DNA of 61,427 nt from Bacteroidales bacterium (GTDB lineage Bacteria; Bacteroidota; Bacteroidia; Bacteroidales; VadinHA17). Below the pieces are notes generated by a model that saw nothing but the letters and a program-made list of their open reading frames with translations, searched no databases and was not told the DNA's origin. Shown here piece by piece: positions 57,657 to 61,427 of the stretch. The stretch spans positions 1 to 61,427 of the forward strand of contig WOYX01000005.1 of the NCBI GenBank assembly GCA_011620595.1, written 5' to 3'. Both the position numbers and the translations under genes were made by a program. Each line of letters begins with the position of its first letter. Position 1 is the stretch's first letter.

Positions 57657-60600
57657 TTAATTATATACGATAGTAATGGTCCCGATCAGTAACCTTGATC
57701 CGTTGCCAAGATCAATAGTGTAGTGGTAAGAGTCGATCGGCAATTTGACTCCGTTGCTTCTGCCATTCCACGGTTCGGGATAACCAGGTTCAGATTCCCA
57801 AAGTTTCTGACCCCACCTGTTGAAGATCTTTATCTCAATATTGGGATAGAGCTCTTCAAGAGGCTTTTCATTGTAGTAGGAGATATCCCATGTGTCATTG
57901 ATGCCATCACCGTTGGGCGAGAATGCTTCCGGAATGATGAGGCAGATCTCGTTCTTCGGCCTGACCAGTACAGTTCCTGTAACCATACAACCGTTGTAGT
58001 CGGTCACTGTTACTGTATAGGCTCCTGGCAGGATATCTGATATATCCTGGGTAGTCTCGCCGTTGGACCACTGGTAGATATGACCGCCTGCCGGTGAGCC
58101 GCCTGTGACAGTGAGAAGTATTTCTCCGTCAGGCATATCCGGACAGTATGCATGGTTCACGTCGAATGCCACTTCAAGCTGCGGAGGATCAGTAAGGGTT
58201 ATGGCTGAATCTGCCCGGCAGTTATTGGCGTCAATGATTGTTATGCCATAGGTGCCGGCGCCAAGATTATTTCTCGGGTTGTCGAACGACCTTCCGTCTT
58301 GCCACAGGTAGGCGACAAAACCGACGCTGTTTACAGGTGTGACCTCAATGGATCCTGTCTCCGCATCGTGACAGTTGATGTTGAACATCATGTCATTGCT
58401 CATTGAAGGATCAAGTATCATGCTTAGTTTGCCGGGCTCAGTAAGGGTGATGGTATCTGAGACGTGACAACCGTACCTGTCTGTAACCGTCACGTAATAT
58501 GTGCCGGCGACGAGTCCTGATATGTATCCTGTGTTGTTTCTTGCCGTGAAGTCATCCGGACCGCTCCAGTCATATGTGAACGGTGCGAGGTCAACGGTGG
58601 GGGTGAGCCTTATGTGACCGTTGCTGTAGCGGAAGCAGCTGATGTTGTATCCGTTGTAATTTGATAATTCTGCGTCATAGGTTATCAGAGGATGGACGGT
58701 GAGGGTTATGGTCTCTGTCGGGCCCACGCAGTCCTCGCCACCGTCTGAAGGAACGATGCGCGGAGTGAAGCTGTATATCACCTGCCTGTCCTCATTGGCG
58801 GTATTGTACAGCGTTTCGGCCAGGTCGGTAGGAGTAGTATAGGTTCCGCCTGTGGTGTAACCGGTAACACCGGCTTCGGCAGTCACGGTCAGGTCATAGA
58901 CCCACTGACCCTCAACCTGCGGATTCATGTTCCTGACATTTATTATGGCGGCATCGCCGTAACAGAGTTCAATGTCATCGGAGCTTATCTCAATGTCAGG
59001 TATCGGGTTCACCCAAACTGTGGCCGTGATATGCTCAAGGTCACAGGCACCGTATACTCTCGGTGTTATGTTATAAATGAGCTGGTGCGCAATACTGGTT
59101 GAGTTGTACAGGGTCTGATTGATGGATGTGTTCAGCCCGCTGTTGTCGTCTGCGGCTCCCGAGATGCCGGAGGGTACATTGACATGCCAGGTCCAGGTAG
59201 TAACCGGTATCTGGCTCGTAAGCTCAAGGTTGATGGCTTCGCCGTTGCAAACGACATCGTTGTCAGGAGTGACTGTCGGATCCGGATCAACGGCATAGTG
59301 TACATTGACTGTTGCTGTGCATTCTGACCAGTTTCCAGCGCCGTCGGTAACTGTAAGTATCACTTCGTTTGCACCGAGGTCAGTGCAGTCGAAGTCTGTT
59401 CTGCTTGCCGTCATTGATGCAATGATGCAGTTATCGTAGCTTCCCCCGTCGATGTCTTCCGGAGTGATAGAGGCGAGACCGGTCTGCAGATCAAGGTATA
59501 CGTCAATGTCTCTGCAAATTGCTGTGGGTGGGGTGTTGTCCTCGACGGTGACGGTGAAGCTGCAGTTGTCTGAGAGGCCGAGCGCGTCAGTAACGGTGTA
59601 GGTCACCGTAGTTACACCCAGGTTGAAGATGAAGCTGGATATGTCATTGGTGTCGGTAGCCGGTGACCGGGCTGTGGTTGCTCCGGTCATCTCCCATGTA
59701 ACAGTGGCTATATTACTGTTAGGATCAGAGTAGGTAGCGGTCAGGCCTTCTGTTGTCAGGATGTCACAGCTGGTGTCACTGGTAGAGGTCAGGATTGGTG
59801 GCGGGCAGGTGATGGTTGGCGGCAGGTTGTTAAGACGCACGGTGACAGTATTGCTGGTGGTGTCAACAGAGGCCATTGTGGGAGAGAAGCCTGTTGTGGT
59901 GGCCGTATTGACGACTGTCCCTGCAAAGATATCACTCAAGGTGACGGTATGCTGTGCGATACATGTCTCGCTGGCACCCGGAACAAGCGTATAAGGTGCG
60001 CCGGTGCAGGTCACTGTAACAATCGGGTCGTCTACGGTGATGCCGGTGATAGTGACGTTACCGGTGTTGGTCACGGTAAGAGTGTAGTTTATCACATCTC
60101 CGGGAGCGGTGTACTCTTCACTGTCAGCAGCCTTGACAAGGGTGAGTTCGGGTCTCTGTATTCCTATGACCTCTGCTGTTGCATCGGTCGCAATGGTTCC
60201 GCTGGCAACAGTGGAGCCTGAAGCAGTGGCGTTGTTGGAATACAGGCCTGCATTAACATCTTCGAGTGTGACGATATGTGTTGCAGTGTAAGTCCATATT
60301 TCGTCCGGATCAAGCCTGTTGTCGTTGTCAGCGTCGCCGCCGGTACGGGTGATGCTTCCTGCGTCCGCACCCGGATCGGATACGGTGATATTGCCGATGG
60401 ATACGTTGCCATCGTTGGTTATGGTGATGGTGTAGTGCAGTATGTCACCTGTTTCGTCATAATTCTCTTCCGTTGCGACCTTAGTCATTGACCATGCTGC
60501 TGTCTGGCTTATGGTTGTAGTAGCGTCAGCCTGCTGCTGGTCAGTCTGGTCTGTATTGATGACAGCCACGTTGACCAGAGCGGTACCTGCGTCGATGTCG

Positions 60601-61427
60601 GCCTGTGTCACGGCATAAGTAGCGGAATATGTCCATGTTTCTCCGACATTCAGGATGTTGTTGCTGATGGTGTCGCCACTGATTAGAGTAGCGCCTCCGG
60701 CAAGCACATCTGTCAGTACCACTCCGGTCAGGCTGGTGTTGCCGCTGTTTTCGACAACAATTTCATAGTTCAGAGTTGTAGGTTCAGCCACCGCAGTTTG
60801 GTCAACTGTTTTACTGATGGTGAGGGTTGATACCTGGTTGATAGTTGTTATTGCGTTGTCGGTAACGGCGACAGGTATCTGGGTTGCTGTTATGGAAGCA
60901 GTGTTGATTAGCGGTGTACCGTAATCAATGTCTCCCTGAGTGGCATCGTAGGTAGCGGTGTAGATCCATGTCTCACCAACATCCAGGATATCGTCATTAT
61001 CGGTGTCACCGTAGGCAAGGGAAGCTGCTCCTGCAAGGTCATCGATGAGGACAACGTTGGTAAGGCTGACGTTGCCTTCGTTGGTTACGGTAATGGTATA
61101 AGTAAGTGTAGTCGGGGCGCTGATCTCAGCAATGTCAACTACCTTTTCAACTGTCATTGCGGCATTACGGGTAATTGTGGTTACTGCGTCATCAGTAACT
61201 GGAACAGGAATCTCAGCAGTCGTGACAGAGGCGGTGTTGACCAGGTCTGTTCCGGCATCGATGTCAGCTTGTGTCGCGTTGTAATCAGCTGTGTAAGTCC
61301 AGATCTCGTCTACATCGAGAACACCCGGATTGGTATCATCACCGCTAACGAGTGAAGCGCCTCCGGCGAACACATCAATCAGGGTTACATTGGTCAGGCT
61401 GACGTTTCCGGTATTGGTGACTACAAT
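57657..61427 (-). CDS. Large T9SS type-B CTD surface protein/adhesin (DUF11-like, HYR, PKD-like, SprB repeats); 5' end outside the window
   Basis: VTNTGNVSLT repeats, DNTPPTAIC, SprB-like repeats, C-terminal PEAFSPNGDGIND...IFNRWG...WNG; frame open to 61427. Confidence 0.92.
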   Translation of the reverse strand: MVVTNTGNVSLTNVTLIDVFAGGASLVSGDDTNPGVLDVDEIWTYTADYNATQADIDAGTDLVNTASVTTAEIPVPVTDDAVTTITRNAAMTVEKVVDIAEISAPTTLTYTITVTNEGNVSLTNVVLIDDLAGAASLAYGDTDNDDILDVGETWIYTATYDATQGDIDYGTPLINTASITATQIPVAVTDNAITTINQVSTLTISKTVDQTAVAEPTTLNYEIVVENSGNTSLTGVVLTDVLAGGATLISGDTISNNILNVGETWTYSATYAVTQADIDAGTALVNVAVINTDQTDQQQADATTTISQTAAWSMTKVATEENYDETGDILHYTITITNDGNVSIGNITVSDPGADAGSITRTGGDADNDNRLDPDEIWTYTATHIVTLEDVNAGLYSNNATASGSTVASGTIATDATAEVIGIQRPELTLVKAADSEEYTAPGDVINYTLTVTNTGNVTITGITVDDPIVTVTCTGAPYTLVPGASETCIAQHTVTLSDIFAGTVVNTATTTGFSPTMASVDTTSNTVTVRLNNLPPTITCPPPILTSTSDTSCDILTTEGLTATYSDPNSNIATVTWEMTGATTARSPATDTNDISSFIFNLGVTTVTYTVTDALGLSDNCSFTVTVEDNTPPTAICRDIDVYLDLQTGLASITPEDIDGGSYDNCIIASMTASRTDFDCTDLGANEVILTVTDGAGNWSECTATVNVHYAVDPDPTVTPDNDVVCNGEAINLELTSQIPVTTWTWHVNVPSGISGAADDNSGLNTSINQTLYNSTSIAHQLIYNITPRVYGACDLEHITATVWVNPIPDIEISSDDIELCYGDAAIINVRNMNPQVEGQWVYDLTVTAEAGVTGYTTGGTYTTPTDLAETLYNTANEDRQVIYSFTPRIVPSDGGEDCVGPTETITLTVHPLITYDAELSNYNGYNISCFRYSNGHIRLTPTVDLAPFTYDWSGPDDFTARNNTGYISGLVAGTYYVTVTDRYGCHVSDTITLTEPGKLSMILDPSMSNDMMFNINCHDAETGSIEVTPVNSVGFVAYLWQDGRSFDNPRNNLGAGTYGITIIDANNCRADSAITLTDPPQLEVAFDVNHAYCPDMPDGEILLTVTGGSPAGGHIYQWSNGETTQDISDILPGAYTVTVTDYNGCMVTGTVLVRPKNEICLIIPEAFSPNGDGINDTWDISYYNEKPLEELYPNIEIKIFNRWGQKLWESEPGYPEPWNGRSNGVKLPIDSYHYTIDLGNGSRLLIGTITIVYN

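Overview
Bacteroidota (Bacteroidales-like) chromosomal window, judged from TAnnTTTG promoters, T9SS genes, and floA/nfeD, GWxTD and recA-bcp genes. Bases ~1-16,400 form an AT-rich accessory region holding the most interesting system, a tandem cassette array. Each unit has 10-bp direct repeats with a -7 promoter box 22 nt downstream, a putative ~80-nt antisense structured RNA (4 of 5 units), a small secreted Cys-rich peptide gene, a hairpin, and a 6-bladed beta-propeller lipoprotein gene. There are five peptide genes, one frameshifted and absent from the ORF track, and about ten propeller genes or remnants that are recombination mosaics. The region also encodes two CxxC thioredoxin-like proteins, a signal peptidase I plus a relic of a second copy, and a small HTH protein. 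It is followed by an RND adaptor and two RND permeases. Peptide subtype co-varies with the adjacent propeller subtype, suggesting diversifying peptide/receptor or peptide/immunity pairs; function is inference only. The rest is mostly ordinary: lactonase, a DUF134-NifX-CGGC-MinD/ferredoxin-Mrp operon, S9 peptidase, a peptidase/TolB/Omp85-like protein, putP, AAA ATPase, recA, bcp, TPR/SPOR protein, clpS, nfeD-floA, M64 peptidase, MscS, a transaldolase-like protein, rlmB, GWxTD protein, thioesterase, ABC-F, lipase, rlmD, porP and a partial T9SS type-B cargo gene. No rRNA, tRNA, CRISPR array, integrase or transposase was seen. All family calls are by motif recognition, not database searches.
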